NCBI GenBank assembly: GCA_025808555.1
Contig: CP075526.1
Location: 696,712-760,711 of the forward strand
DNA length: 64,000 nucleotides
Source of the DNA: Anaerolineales bacterium
GTDB lineage: Bacteria; Chloroflexota; Anaerolineae; Anaerolineales; UBA11579
Reading direction: 5' to 3'
This document shows, piece by piece, positions 7,682 to 17,267 of this stretch (position 1 is its first letter; every line of letters begins with the position of its first letter). The position numbers were made by a program, and so were the translations under genes. A model generated the notes under the pieces. It was not told the DNA's origin. It made no database searches and saw only the letters and a program-made list of their open reading frames with translations.

Positions 7682-9907
7682 TCAAGCAAGGTCATCACCC
7701 TCGCCCTCGCTGCCAAAGTGGTCCAGGTCCATCAGGACTTCGCGCTCGCGGCCTCCGCTTTGCGCAGGGCCGAGCACGCCCATCTCTTCGAGCTCATCTA
7801 CCAGGCGGGCCGCCCGCGGGTAGCCCACCTTGAGGGCGCGCTGTAAGTGCGAGGCGCTCGACTTGCCGGTGACGCGGATCACATCAATAGCCCGGTCGAT
7901 CAGCTCATCGCGGTCTTCGCTCAGCGCTTCGCGCTGAAGCAAGCCATCCCACGGGGCCGAGACATCCTCATCCGGCGGCCAGGCCTTCTGCCAATAAGCG
8001 ATCACCGCTTCGATCTCGGCATCGGTGATCATGACGCCCTGGGAGCGCATGGGGCCGGCCGCCTCAGGCGAGAGGTACAGCATATCGCCGCGGCCCAGCA
8101 GAGATTCGGCGCCAGTGGTATCGAGGATGACGCGCGAGTCGATCGCCGAGGCGACCGCGAACGAGATGCGCGCCGGGAAGTTGGCCTTGATCAGGCCGGT
8201 GACCACATCCGTACTGGGTCGTTGGGTGGCCACCACCAGATGGATACCCACGGCACGAGCCATCTGCGCCAGGCGCACCAGGGTGCTTTCGGTGTGCTCG
8301 GCGGTGTTCATCATCAGGTCGGCCAGCTCATCGATCAGCACGACGATGCGCGGCAGGCGCTCGCCGTCTTCGTTCTTCTCGACCTTGCGGTTGTACCCGT
8401 CAATATCGCGCACACGCTCCTGCTCCAGCAGTTTGTAGCGGCGCTGCATCTCGGCCACCACCCAGCGCAAGCTGGCAGTGATGCGCTCAAGCTCGGTCTC
8501 GACTTTGCCGATCAGGTGCGGCAACCCGTTGAAACGCACCAGCTCCACCATTTTGGGGTCGAGCATCACCAGACGCAGGTCGGCCGGGCTGTTGTTCATC
8601 ATCAAGCACACTGCGATGGCCGAGATGAGTACAGACTTGCCGGAGCCGGTGGTACCGGCCACCAACAGATGCGGCATGCGCGCCAGGTCGGCTGCCAGTG
8701 GCTCACCGGACACATCGCGCCCCAGCGCAATGCCCAGTTGCGAGTTGAGCTTGTGGAACGCCATGCTCTCGAGGATGGGGCGCATGCGCACCGTCATCGT
8801 GCGCAGATTCGGCACCTCGATGCCTACATAAGAGCGGCCCGGCACCGGCGCCTGGATGCGCAGGCGCTGGGCGGAGAGCGCCAGCGCCAGGTCACGCTGC
8901 AGGGCCGAGATCTGGGCCACGCGCACGCGCTGGCCGCCCTCGCCCTGCGGGTCGCCGGGGCGTTGGATGTAGCCCGGCTCCACGGCGAACTGCGTCACCG
9001 TCGGGCCGACTTGGAAGTCGATCACTTTGGCAGGCACACCCAGCTCGGCCAGCGCTTTCTCAAGCAGGCCGGCCATCTCGTTGATGTGGCGCTCATCGGG
9101 GCGTGTGGTGCGCTCCTCCACCAGCAGCTTGAGCGGCGGCAGGTCGGCCGAGCGCGGCACGGCCGCCTTGGCGGGTTTCTTCTGCTCTTCGCTGAGTTTG
9201 AAATCTTTGCGGAATTCGGCAGGCACGCGTTGGCGGCGCGGGCGCGCCGGCGCAGGTTCATCGTCCGGCTCGTTGTCAACGCCCATGGGCGAGGCGGTGA
9301 AAACGGGCTCGTCGTCAAATTCAAAGCTCGGCAGCTTGGGCTCAGCGCCATGTCCACCCAACTGACCGCGCAACCAGGCCACCTGGCTAAAGGCCCACAG
9401 GCCAGCCAGGCCAGCCACTGCCGCGAACACTAAGCCGGTAATGCCCATCGCCAACCAGCTGGGCAGCACGCTGTCCAGTAATAAGTGCAGACCTTCAGCC
9501 AGCCCCCAGCCGATGAGGCCGCCGGCGCGGCCAGCTTCTGCCTGCTCCAGCGAGAGCCCGGTGACCAGGCTCAGCAAGCCCAGCGCGGCGAAGACGGCAA
9601 TTTCAAAAGCGATCAGGCGCGCCGGAGTCAGGCTTGCGCCCAGGCGGCGACGCTGCAATAGCTGCCAGCCTGCCAGGCCCAACCCGATCACCACCAGCAC
9701 CGAGCCCCAGCCCAGCCAGCGGCGCCACACGCCCACCCAGGGGGTGAGCCAGGCGCCGCCCGTCAGGCCGAGCAGGCCGAGGATGGTAATGACAGCCAGC
9801 GCGATAAGCAACACCCCGACCACATCGGAGACATAGTCGGCCGGGCCACCTTGCAGCCAGCCCACCCGCTCCCACAGGGAGCGTTGTGGCTGGCGTTCAG
9901 TGGCCAT
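7682..9907 (-). CDS. ftsK: DNA translocase FtsK/SpoIIIE
   Basis: N-terminal TM helices, Walker A GTTGSGKSV, VVLIDELADLM, and a C-terminal gamma wHTH (ASHLQRALKVGYPRAARLVDELEEMG). The start was moved to ATG 9907 (MATERQ) because 9929-9965 is an intergenic repeat. Confidence 0.9.
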   Translation of the reverse strand: MATERQPQRSLWERVGWLQGGPADYVSDVVGVLLIALAVITILGLLGLTGGAWLTPWVGVWRRWLGWGSVLVVIGLGLAGWQLLQRRRLGASLTPARLIAFEIAVFAALGLLSLVTGLSLEQAEAGRAGGLIGWGLAEGLHLLLDSVLPSWLAMGITGLVFAAVAGLAGLWAFSQVAWLRGQLGGHGAEPKLPSFEFDDEPVFTASPMGVDNEPDDEPAPARPRRQRVPAEFRKDFKLSEEQKKPAKAAVPRSADLPPLKLLVEERTTRPDERHINEMAGLLEKALAELGVPAKVIDFQVGPTVTQFAVEPGYIQRPGDPQGEGGQRVRVAQISALQRDLALALSAQRLRIQAPVPGRSYVGIEVPNLRTMTVRMRPILESMAFHKLNSQLGIALGRDVSGEPLAADLARMPHLLVAGTTGSGKSVLISAIAVCLMMNNSPADLRLVMLDPKMVELVRFNGLPHLIGKVETELERITASLRWVVAEMQRRYKLLEQERVRDIDGYNRKVEKNEDGERLPRIVVLIDELADLMMNTAEHTESTLVRLAQMARAVGIHLVVATQRPSTDVVTGLIKANFPARISFAVASAIDSRVILDTTGAESLLGRGDMLYLSPEAAGPMRSQGVMITDAEIEAVIAYWQKAWPPDEDVSAPWDGLLQREALSEDRDELIDRAIDVIRVTGKSSASHLQRALKVGYPRAARLVDELEEMGVLGPAQSGGREREVLMDLDHFGSEGEGDDLA

Positions 9908-9928
9908 ATTGTTCTGCTTCGCAGAACT

Positions 9929-9965
9929 GGAGAAGCTGCTCGGCTTTGCCGAGCGACGCTTCTCC
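9929..9965 (+). repeat. 37-nt nested-hairpin repeat, copy 2
   Basis: GGAGAAGCTgCTCGGCtttGCCGAGcGACGCTTCTCC. It has 4 differences from copy 1, all outside the stems. Confidence 0.75.
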
Positions 9966-10006
9966 GAGTTTCTCTCAGGCATGACTATCTCCGCCTATAA
10001 CGGTTT

Positions 10007-11053
10007 CTAAGCATGCTCCCCGGGAGTTTCGAGCCAGGCCGGGCCTTCGGCCTGGTCCTTCCACGGCTCGCCCAACAGCTGCAGGCTGAGGCGCTGGCGG
10101 TCGGATTCGACCTGGAGCACCTTGACCTGCACTTGCATGCCGGCTTCCAGCACCAGGCGTGGGTCCAGGCGGTGGTGCAGGCCCATCTGGGTAATGTGTA
10201 TCAAGCCTTCCAGTCCCTCTTCCAGTTTGGCGAAGGCACCAAAGTGTACAACTTCAGTGATCTCGGCGCTGGTTTCTGCGCCTTCGGGGAAGCGTTCCAT
10301 CACGGTGGCCCAGGGGTTGTGCTGGCCGCGCTTGACGCTGAGCGAAACCCGCTCCAGATCGCTGTTGATCTCAAGCACCACTACCGAGAGCACCTGGCCG
10401 GGCGAAGCGATCTCGCGCGGGTGGCCCACACGGCCCCACGAGAGCTCGGAGATGTGTACCAGCCCTTCCACCCCGCCCAGGTCAATGAACAGGCCAAAGT
10501 TGGTGACGTTGGTGACCTTGCCTTCCACCTGTTGGCCGGGCTGCAGGGTTTGCAGCAAGCCCTGGCGCGAGCCGGGGGCGCTTTCAGCAGCCCGCTCGGA
10601 GAGCACAATCCGGCCGCGCTCCGGGTCACATTCGATCACCTTGAGCTCCATCTCTTTGCCCATGTAGCTTTCGAGCAGCTTTTCGGTGACACGCTGGCCA
10701 CTGGCCGTGGCGGCCAGGTGCGAGCGGGGCACAAAGCCTTGGAATTCCTGGGCGCGCACCAGCAGGCCGCCCTTATTCCAGCTCACCACTTCGGCATAGC
10801 AGACGGTTTCGTTCTCCTGCAGCTCCAGCACGCGGCGCCAATCCACCCAGCCCATGCTCTCATCGGCCTTAGGCGCCGGCGTGCGGCCGCCGTGGCGGTT
10901 CCCCCCCCGCGGGCCGGCTGGCCGCTGGCCGGGGCGCTTGGCGCCCGGGCGGCGGTTGGGCGCAGCCGAACCAAGATGGTCATCAGCCAGCGAGCCGCCC
11001 CACCCTTCACTGCGCGGGGCCGAAGAGTTTCTGGCACGGTTGTACTCGTTCAT
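10007..11053 (-). CDS. S1 RNA-binding domain protein (ribosomal protein S1-like) with Arg/Gly-rich N-terminus
   Basis: There are several S1 repeats (GKVTNVTNFGLFIDLGGVEGLVHISEL; ITEVVHFGAFAKLEEGLEGLIHITQM). The start codon overlaps the stop of the upstream gene (ATGA at 11051-11055). Confidence 0.85.
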   Translation of the reverse strand: MNEYNRARNSSAPRSEGWGGSLADDHLGSAAPNRRPGAKRPGQRPAGPRGGNRHGGRTPAPKADESMGWVDWRRVLELQENETVCYAEVVSWNKGGLLVRAQEFQGFVPRSHLAATASGQRVTEKLLESYMGKEMELKVIECDPERGRIVLSERAAESAPGSRQGLLQTLQPGQQVEGKVTNVTNFGLFIDLGGVEGLVHISELSWGRVGHPREIASPGQVLSVVVLEINSDLERVSLSVKRGQHNPWATVMERFPEGAETSAEITEVVHFGAFAKLEEGLEGLIHITQMGLHHRLDPRLVLEAGMQVQVKVLQVESDRQRLSLQLLGEPWKDQAEGPAWLETPGEHA

Positions 11054-12954
11054 CAGTGTGTTTCCTTTCCATTCTTTACGGCAAGAGTGTCTTTTTCCAT
11101 TTCAAGCAAGCTGCGCGCCACACTCTCGATGGCGACGCGCTGCTTGCGATACAGATCAGCTTCAGACATGGTCAGGCGCATGGCTACCTCGCGCACCTTG
11201 CGGCCCTGCATGAACTTCATTTCGAGCAGGTTGTAGAGCATCCACTCACCGTTGAGGCGGGGTTCACCTTCGGGTTTGTTGCGCTCAATGGCGGTCTTCA
11301 GAATCGAGCGCACCGCCAACGACGGGTTGCCCTCGTGCTGCTCCAGCGCGCTTTGCACCACCTGCAGGCCGCGCAGCGGGCTCTGGGTCAGCTTGGGGCC
11401 GCCCCAGTAATGCGTAAGCGCATCCCGCACCCACTTGACCAGGTCTTTGTACTTGGGCAGTGCCTCAACATCACTGAGCACTTCACCCTGGTCGTAGCGC
11501 GAGGCAGCGCGTAAACGCTGAATGACCTCAACCCGCGGGGTAAGGCTTTGCAGCGAGCGCAGCACATCGCCCTGCTGGCGGCGGTCTTCCAGCGCCTGGG
11601 CCGCACGCGCCCCCAGGCTCTCCAGGGCGCGCAATTGCTCTTCGCTCAGCTCGCCCTTGCGGCCGCGCTGCACGCCCAGCATGCCGATGAGCGGCCCGCC
11701 CTCGCGGCTGTGCAGCGGCAGCAGGCGGTACCCGCTCCAGGTGAAGACCTGCGAGCCATTCTGCTTGCCGGCTACTTTGAGCAGGTCTTTGGATTTGTCG
11801 CTATCGCGCAAGTTACGCGAGCCGACCTCGACCACGGTTTGCATCTGGCCGTCCTGCAAACCAACGACGAAGGCTGATTTGCTCTGGAAGCGGTCGCACA
11901 CCGCGGCCAGCACGGCTTCAAGAAATTGGCGCATATCTGCATCGGTCAGGAAGCGCTCAGGCAGCTCCTGTAGGAACTGCATATCGTCTTCGCTGGCGCC
12001 GAAGATGAGCCACTTTTCCAACACCGGCGCGGCCAGGGTGAGCATGTGCGAAACCAGCAGGGTGGAAAGGCCCACCAGGATGGGCAGCACGACCCCATCC
12101 TGAATTTGCAGAATGCGGCCAATATCATCCGTCCAGGGGATGAGCGCCAGCACGATGAACACGGTGACCGGGCCGCGCAGCAGCCAGCGGAACAGGCGGC
12201 TCTTGACCACGCGGTCCGGCCAGGGCACGCCAAAAAAGGCGGTGGCATACGCCATGGCGACCATGGCGTAGAACACGAACACGTTGGCGATCGACGCGGT
12301 AAGGAAGAAGATGATCGGCACCGCTGCAGCCAGCTCGCCCGCCAGCAGCAGGAAGGGATAGCTGCCCACCGCCACGGCGATCGAGCCGACCAGCAGATAG
12401 GTCATGCGCCGGCGGCTGGCGGTGAGCACGGTGCGCTTCCAGGCCCGGTAAATGACCGAAAGGGCCATCAGCATAGTGACGACGTAATAGACGCTGAAGC
12501 CCAGCGACAGCGGCGTGAGCGTAAGGTGCGGCACGGGTTGGGCATCCGCCACCAGCGGGCCGAGGAACAGCGTGGTGGGTAGCAGCAGCGAGAAGGCCGC
12601 CGATACAAAGTACGAGAAGCGCACCGCCCAGCGGCGGCGGCCGCGCGAGGGGCGGCCAGTCGTCTCCAGCAGGGCATCCGAAAAGTGCAGGTAGGCGGCG
12701 GGCAGGAACAGCGTGCCCATCCACTGCAGGCGCAGCCACACCTCCAGGCTGGTCGATTGGCTCAGCACGCCGGCCACCGCCTCGCCCAGAAAGCTGACCA
12801 TGACACAGGCCAGGATGACGGCAAAGGCCCGCGAAATACGGTCACGCAAATTAAATGTCAGGGCGCGCAGAAACAGCGACAACGCCGTGATGGCGATGCC
12901 GGCTTCAAATATTCGGTTGATGGTTTGCAAACTTCTCAGAACCCAATCGTCCAT
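11053..12954 (-). CDS. polytopic membrane sensor-like protein with C-terminal sigma-70 region-4-like HTH
   Basis: About 300 aa of TM helices are followed by a soluble middle domain. The C-terminus is YWGGPKLTQSPL...WMLYNLLEMKFMQGRKVREVAMRLTMSEADLYRKQRVAIESVARSL. Confidence 0.6.
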   Translation of the reverse strand: MDDWVLRSLQTINRIFEAGIAITALSLFLRALTFNLRDRISRAFAVILACVMVSFLGEAVAGVLSQSTSLEVWLRLQWMGTLFLPAAYLHFSDALLETTGRPSRGRRRWAVRFSYFVSAAFSLLLPTTLFLGPLVADAQPVPHLTLTPLSLGFSVYYVVTMLMALSVIYRAWKRTVLTASRRRMTYLLVGSIAVAVGSYPFLLLAGELAAAVPIIFFLTASIANVFVFYAMVAMAYATAFFGVPWPDRVVKSRLFRWLLRGPVTVFIVLALIPWTDDIGRILQIQDGVVLPILVGLSTLLVSHMLTLAAPVLEKWLIFGASEDDMQFLQELPERFLTDADMRQFLEAVLAAVCDRFQSKSAFVVGLQDGQMQTVVEVGSRNLRDSDKSKDLLKVAGKQNGSQVFTWSGYRLLPLHSREGGPLIGMLGVQRGRKGELSEEQLRALESLGARAAQALEDRRQQGDVLRSLQSLTPRVEVIQRLRAASRYDQGEVLSDVEALPKYKDLVKWVRDALTHYWGGPKLTQSPLRGLQVVQSALEQHEGNPSLAVRSILKTAIERNKPEGEPRLNGEWMLYNLLEMKFMQGRKVREVAMRLTMSEADLYRKQRVAIESVARSLLEMEKDTLAVKNGKETH

Positions 12955-12977
12955 GCGGCTTTCAACTCTAAAAAGAT

Positions 12978-13526
12978 TTATGCCAGGCGTTTGGCAAAGA
13001 ACAGCGCAATATCCTGATTCTCATAATAGCGGTCACTAAAACCAGCAAACTCAAAGGCCAGCTTCTGGGCCAGTTTGATGGCGGGCTGATTCTTGGCCTG
13101 CATCTCCAGCACCAGGCGCTGGCAGCCGTGCTCACGCGCCCAGGCCTGGGCGCCCAGCGCCAGGCGGCTGCCCACCCCACGGCGGCGTTGGCTGGCGGCC
13201 ACCACCACATCGGTGAGCCAGGCGGTGGAAGGCACCAGCTGGGTGGTCAGGGCGGCATAGCCCACCGGCTGGCCTTCGGCCTCGGCCAGCAGCACCAGGC
13301 TGCGCTGCGCCAGCAGGGCGGCCTGGGCCTGCTTGGGGCGCGGGTAGGCCACCTGCATCAGGCGCGGCAGGCGCATTTCACGGAAGCGGGCGCCCATGCG
13401 CGGGGTGGCCGAGTCGACTTCCATCTGCCAGACGTATTCGGTGGAATAGCCATGGTCCAGCGCCATCAGGGCCGGATAGTCTTCGTCGGCGACCGGGCGC
13501 AGGGTAACTTGTAATTTTTCGCTCAT
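12978..13526 (-). CDS. GNAT family N-acetyltransferase
   Basis: The acetyl-CoA site is VVVAASQRRRGVGSRLALGAQAWAREHG. The start overlaps the upstream stop. Confidence 0.85.
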   Translation of the reverse strand: MSEKLQVTLRPVADEDYPALMALDHGYSTEYVWQMEVDSATPRMGARFREMRLPRLMQVAYPRPKQAQAALLAQRSLVLLAEAEGQPVGYAALTTQLVPSTAWLTDVVVAASQRRRGVGSRLALGAQAWAREHGCQRLVLEMQAKNQPAIKLAQKLAFEFAGFSDRYYENQDIALFFAKRLA

Positions 13527-14221
13527 GAGCTTGGCGCCTCAATACGCACGGGCACGCGGCAGGGCGGCAGCTCGCTGCCATTGCTATCAGTGATCACCAA
13601 CTGGAGCACATAATCGCCTATGGGCAGGCGTGAAGTGTCCCAGTTCTCCACCAGCACATCATCCCGGATAATGGTGCGGCCGGCTTGGATCGTGAGCCAC
13701 AGCTCTTCCTCGGCGCGGGCAACTTCGAACTTATAGAAGCCAAAATTGGTCACGTCCACTGTGCCGGTGATGGAGACAGAGCCACTAATGGTGTCTCCCG
13801 GCTGCGGGTCGGTGATCTCTATTTGCGCCGCCACGCAAGCCTCCGGGTTGACCGCCACCGTGGGCAGCGGCGTGGCGGTGGCCAGCACTTCATCGCCGGC
13901 GGGGGTGACAGTGGTGGCACCAGTTTGGGTATCCATGGAAAGTGACAGCGTGGGCGTGGCCAGCAGATCCTGGGCGGGCAGCGAGGTGGCGACAAAAGTG
14001 ACCATTACAAAAACGCCTACCGCGATCACCAGCATGCCAAACAGCATCAGCGCCGCCTGGTTCAGCCGCTCGCGGCTGGCCTGGCGCTCCAGGCCATAGT
14101 GGGCCTCACGCACTTCCTGCCAGGCCAGCAGGAAGCGGTAAAAGTAGAGAATGCCACCCAGGCCCAGTAAAAAGTACAGGACCGCTTCATATTGAACGAA
14201 AAATCGTAATACTTCAGCCAT
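13523..14221 (-). CDS. hypothetical membrane-anchored protein with beta-rich extracytoplasmic domain
   Basis: Two N-terminal TM helices, a Thr/Pro linker, and a C-terminal Ig-like-looking domain (ITDPQPGDTISGSVSITGTVDV..). No family recognised. Confidence 0.55.
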   Translation of the reverse strand: MAEVLRFFVQYEAVLYFLLGLGGILYFYRFLLAWQEVREAHYGLERQASRERLNQAALMLFGMLVIAVGVFVMVTFVATSLPAQDLLATPTLSLSMDTQTGATTVTPAGDEVLATATPLPTVAVNPEACVAAQIEITDPQPGDTISGSVSITGTVDVTNFGFYKFEVARAEEELWLTIQAGRTIIRDDVLVENWDTSRLPIGDYVLQLVITDSNGSELPPCRVPVRIEAPSS

Positions 14222-14233
14222 CGGAGCAACAGC

Positions 14234-15070
14234 TTAGAGCTTACGCAGCACTCCACGAACCAATTGAGTGAGTTTTGGCGCCAGCACCTTGCCGGCCTCC
14301 AGCACTTCTTCGTGCGTGGTCTCGGTGTTGCCGTCCAGGTTGGCTTTGTTACTGACGCCAGAGATGCCCAGCACACGCGTGCCGCTGTGGCGGGCGATCG
14401 TGGCCTCCGGCACGGTGGACATGCCCACCGCATCCACCCCCATCGCCCGCAGGAAGCGCAGGTCAGCCGGGGTTTCAAAGCTGGGGCCGGCCAGGCAGCA
14501 GTACACGCCCTCGCGCAGCTTCAGGTGCTCGGCGGCGGCCACCTCACGCGTCAGGGCCTGCAGCTGGCGGTCGTAGACCTGGCTCATGTCAGGGAAGCGC
14601 GGGCCAAGCTCTTCCAGATTGGGGCCGCGCAGCGGGTTCTGGCCGGCCATGCCGATCAGGTTGAGATGGTCAGTGATAAGCATCAGGTCGCCGGGCTCAA
14701 AGTCAGGGTTCACCGCTCCGGCCGCGTTGGTGATCACAATGATCTCAATGCCCAGGGCTTGCATCACCCGTACGGGTAGGCCCAGGCGGGGCATGTCATA
14801 GCCTTCGTAATAGTGGGTGCGTCCCTGCATGACGATCACGTTCTGGCCTTCCAGGGTACCCAGCACCAGGCGGCCCACGTGACCTTTAACGCCAGAGACC
14901 GGCCAGCCCGGTATTTCACTGTAGGGAACGTATTCAGGGTTTTCGATCGATTCGGCTAAGGAACCCAAACCAGAGCCCAGGATCATGCCTATACGGGGCT
15001 TTTGGTCGGTCTTTTTCTGGATCGCAGCAGCTGCAGCTTGAATATCGGCAATGGTGAGGAAATCACCCAT
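14234..15070 (-). CDS. purine nucleoside phosphorylase (PNP/MTAP family)
   Basis: GMILGSGLG, RLVLGTLEGQNVIVMQGRTHYYEG, GPSFETPAD and GMSTVPE are PNP-I (trimeric family) blocks. Confidence 0.9.
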   Translation of the reverse strand: MGDFLTIADIQAAAAAIQKKTDQKPRIGMILGSGLGSLAESIENPEYVPYSEIPGWPVSGVKGHVGRLVLGTLEGQNVIVMQGRTHYYEGYDMPRLGLPVRVMQALGIEIIVITNAAGAVNPDFEPGDLMLITDHLNLIGMAGQNPLRGPNLEELGPRFPDMSQVYDRQLQALTREVAAAEHLKLREGVYCCLAGPSFETPADLRFLRAMGVDAVGMSTVPEATIARHSGTRVLGISGVSNKANLDGNTETTHEEVLEAGKVLAPKLTQLVRGVLRKL

Positions 15071-15198
15071 CTATGTTCTGCTCCATTGGAAGGTTGATAA
15101 AACGCTAAAGGACAATAAGCAAAATTATAACAGTTGGCCCGTATCCGCCAGCCCTGAACAGCTAAGGGATTGCTGAGCGTGAGGTTAGAGGGCTTCAT

Positions 15199-15369
15199 CC
15201 ACAGATGAACACGGATAAACAGATGTGCGTAGAGGCGCAGCGTGCTACGCCCCTGCATAGCCGATATTGAGTTCCAGCCAACAGGCAGGAACTCTGCACC
15301 GAATCGCGTAGGGGCGGGTCTAAGACCCGCCCCTACATGGCCGATATTGAATTCCAGATCAGCAGGCAG
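15199..15369. repeat. cluster of intergenic repeat modules
   Basis: CCACAGATGAACACGGAT (15199-15216) is also present reversed at 63234-63251. There are two ~40-bp direct repeats, GCCCCT.CAT.GCCGATATTGA.TTCCAG...CAGGCAG (15249-15288 and 15329-15369). A palindrome GTAGGGGCGGGTCTAAGACCCGCCCCTAC lies at 15308-15336. Confidence 0.75.
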
Positions 15370-15451
15370 AAGAGCCATAGTGTGTCCCGAACGGAGCGAG
15401 GGACCGTTGCAGCGAGCATAAGGCGCAGCACGCTGCCCTTAGCCAAACAGA

Positions 15452-16480
15452 CTACAGATTGCGCGCGAAGGCCGCCAAAGTGGTCTCAACATCGGCCTGA
15501 TCCACCCCGTGATGGGTAACCGCGCGGAAGCTGCCGTAGCTGCCCTCATCCAACAGCACGCCGTCTCGGGCCAGATTGGCAATCAGCGCCTGCGGGTTTA
15601 CTTGCGAACCTTCGGCCAGGCGGAAGCGCACAATGTTGGTGTGTGCTTCCGGCACCACAAAGTCGCGGAACTCCATCAGGCCTTCGGCCAGGCGGGCGGC
15701 GCAGGCATGGTCCTCCGCCAGGCGGTCCACCATCTTGGTCAGCGAAAGTATGCCCGCCGCGGCCAGAATGCCGGCCTGGCGCATGCCGCCGCCGAGCTGC
15801 TTGCGAGCACGGCGGGCACGATAGATGAAATCCTCATCGCCACACAGCACCGAGCCGACCGGGGCGCACAACCCTTTGCTCAGGCAGAAGGTAACCGAGT
15901 CAGCATCCGCCACCAGGGCAGCCGCCGGCACCCCTAGCGCCACGGCAGCGTTGAACAGGCGCGCGCCATCAATGTGCAGCTTGAGCCCGTTGGCATGGGC
16001 CAGCCCGGCCACGGCGCGGGTGTATTCCACACTGAGCGGTACGCCATTGCAACGATTGTGAGTGTTCTCAAGCGAAATAAGTCGCGTCACCGCGTGGTGC
16101 ACATCGTCCTCACGGATAGCCCCTCGAATGTCCTCCAGGCGCAACGTGCCGTCCGGCTGGTTGGGCAGCGTGTGCGGCTGAATGCCGCCCACCGCGGCCA
16201 GGCTGCCGGTCTCCGAGTTGAACGGGTGCGAAAGATTGCCGAGGATCAACTCGTCGCCGCGCTGGCAGTGAGCTAAAAACGCGGCCAGGTTACCCATATG
16301 GCCCGAGGGCACGAACAGGGCCGCCGCCTTGCCAGTCATCTCGGCCGCCAGCTCCTGTAATCGGTTTACAGTGGGGTCTTCGCCATACACATCATCGCCC
16401 ACTTCGGCGCGGGCCATCGCCTCACGCATTTCCTCGGTCGGCTTGGTAACGGTATCAGAACGCAGGTCAATCGGAGTCAT
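15452..16480 (-). CDS. ltaE: low-specificity L-threonine aldolase
   Basis: [39 protein letters not shown] and the PLP-lysine region [13 protein letters not shown]. Confidence 0.88.
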   Translation of the reverse strand: MTPIDLRSDTVTKPTEEMREAMARAEVGDDVYGEDPTVNRLQELAAEMTGKAAALFVPSGHMGNLAAFLAHCQRGDELILGNLSHPFNSETGSLAAVGGIQPHTLPNQPDGTLRLEDIRGAIREDDVHHAVTRLISLENTHNRCNGVPLSVEYTRAVAGLAHANGLKLHIDGARLFNAAVALGVPAAALVADADSVTFCLSKGLCAPVGSVLCGDEDFIYRARRARKQLGGGMRQAGILAAAGILSLTKMVDRLAEDHACAARLAEGLMEFRDFVVPEAHTNIVRFRLAEGSQVNPQALIANLARDGVLLDEGSYGSFRAVTHHGVDQADVETTLAAFARNL

Positions 16481-16500
16481 GTGCTCATTCTAAGCGGGAT

Positions 16501-16540
16501 TAATCGATTAATCCGTTAATCCGTTAATCCGTTAATCCAA
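16501..16540. repeat. five tandem 8-bp units (TAATCCGT family) 21-60 nt upstream of the ltaE start
   Basis: TAATCGAT TAATCCGT TAATCCGT TAATCCGT TAATCCAA. Confidence 0.9.
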
Positions 16541-16910
16541 ACTATCAACAATGATTTAGCGATATGCGCTTTTGCAGATTCGTGCCCACACGCTGCCGCA
16601 CTAAAGGCACTGTCGTCATTCCGAACAAGCCGCGTAGCGGCGAGGAGCCGCAGTGCATTCCTGCGGAGGAATCCTTTAGGACAATCCAAAGTCATGTTGA
16701 TGGTGCAATGGCCTCGCTACGCTCGGAATGCACGATGCGCGCGTAGCCCCACTCTCTTGTCATTCTGACCGGGTTCATGCACATACACCTGACCGCCGAA
16801 CCCAGATCAGGGAAGAATCCTTACTGGCATATCTTCCGTGCAACGCGGGGGCCAAAAGTCTCGTCAGCGAGGATTCCTCGCTACGCTCGGAACGCACGGC
16901 CCCGCGTTGG

Positions 16911-17235
16911 GGCGTACTGCGTGCGCTCACTAGGGCACCTGCCACCCGGAACCCTTGACACCACACCCCAATTCGCCCGCCAACCAAGGTTCCCTGCTAT
17001 ACCCTGTCATTGCGAGGACGTAAAGCCACCTATCGCTGAGCGACAAGCCGAAAAGACAAAGAATTAACCAACTCAATGAAACGAGGTTAAAACTATTAAA
17101 ACAATTAATACATTAGGTACATTTCCCGTAAGCGCAGGCTACACAGGATGAAAAAGCAGGGGCAAATGTTTTAACTTGAGAACTATCAAAGCGGGGTCAG
17201 TACTTTGACTGTGATGATGATTAATAGTTATCTGC
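16911..17235. repeat. left copy of a diverged ~310-325-bp inverted repeat
   Basis: The reverse complement matches 26477-26782 in collinear blocks. The block pairs are 17220-17235/26477-26492 (16/16), 17161-17179/26525-26543 (19/19), 17080-17130/26573-26623 (50/51), 16952-16972/26720-26740 (20/21) and 16911-16920/26771-26782. Confidence 0.8.
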
Positions 17236-17267
17236 GAACAAGCGCACTGCGGTGCGCCCTGCCAGCG

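Noticed and set aside
7847-9433. 528-aa ORF on the plus strand opposite ftsK
   Set aside because: It lies entirely antisense to a gene with unmistakable FtsK motifs. Its product is rich in R/A/G/H and has no recognisable domain. This is a typical shadow ORF of high-GC DNA.
9908-9982. 25-aa N-terminal extension of ftsK (MPERNSEKRRSAKPSSFSSSAKQNN)
   Set aside because: This stretch is encoded by the 37-nt nested-hairpin repeat (9929-9965), which also occurs in intergenic DNA at 5986-6022. ATG 9907 is the more plausible start.
16564-17067. Several 60-96-aa ORFs in the ltaE-rluD spacer, and similar ones at 26704-27037
   Set aside because: They are translations of the dispersed GC-rich repeat modules, overlap each other on both strands, and lack SD sequences.
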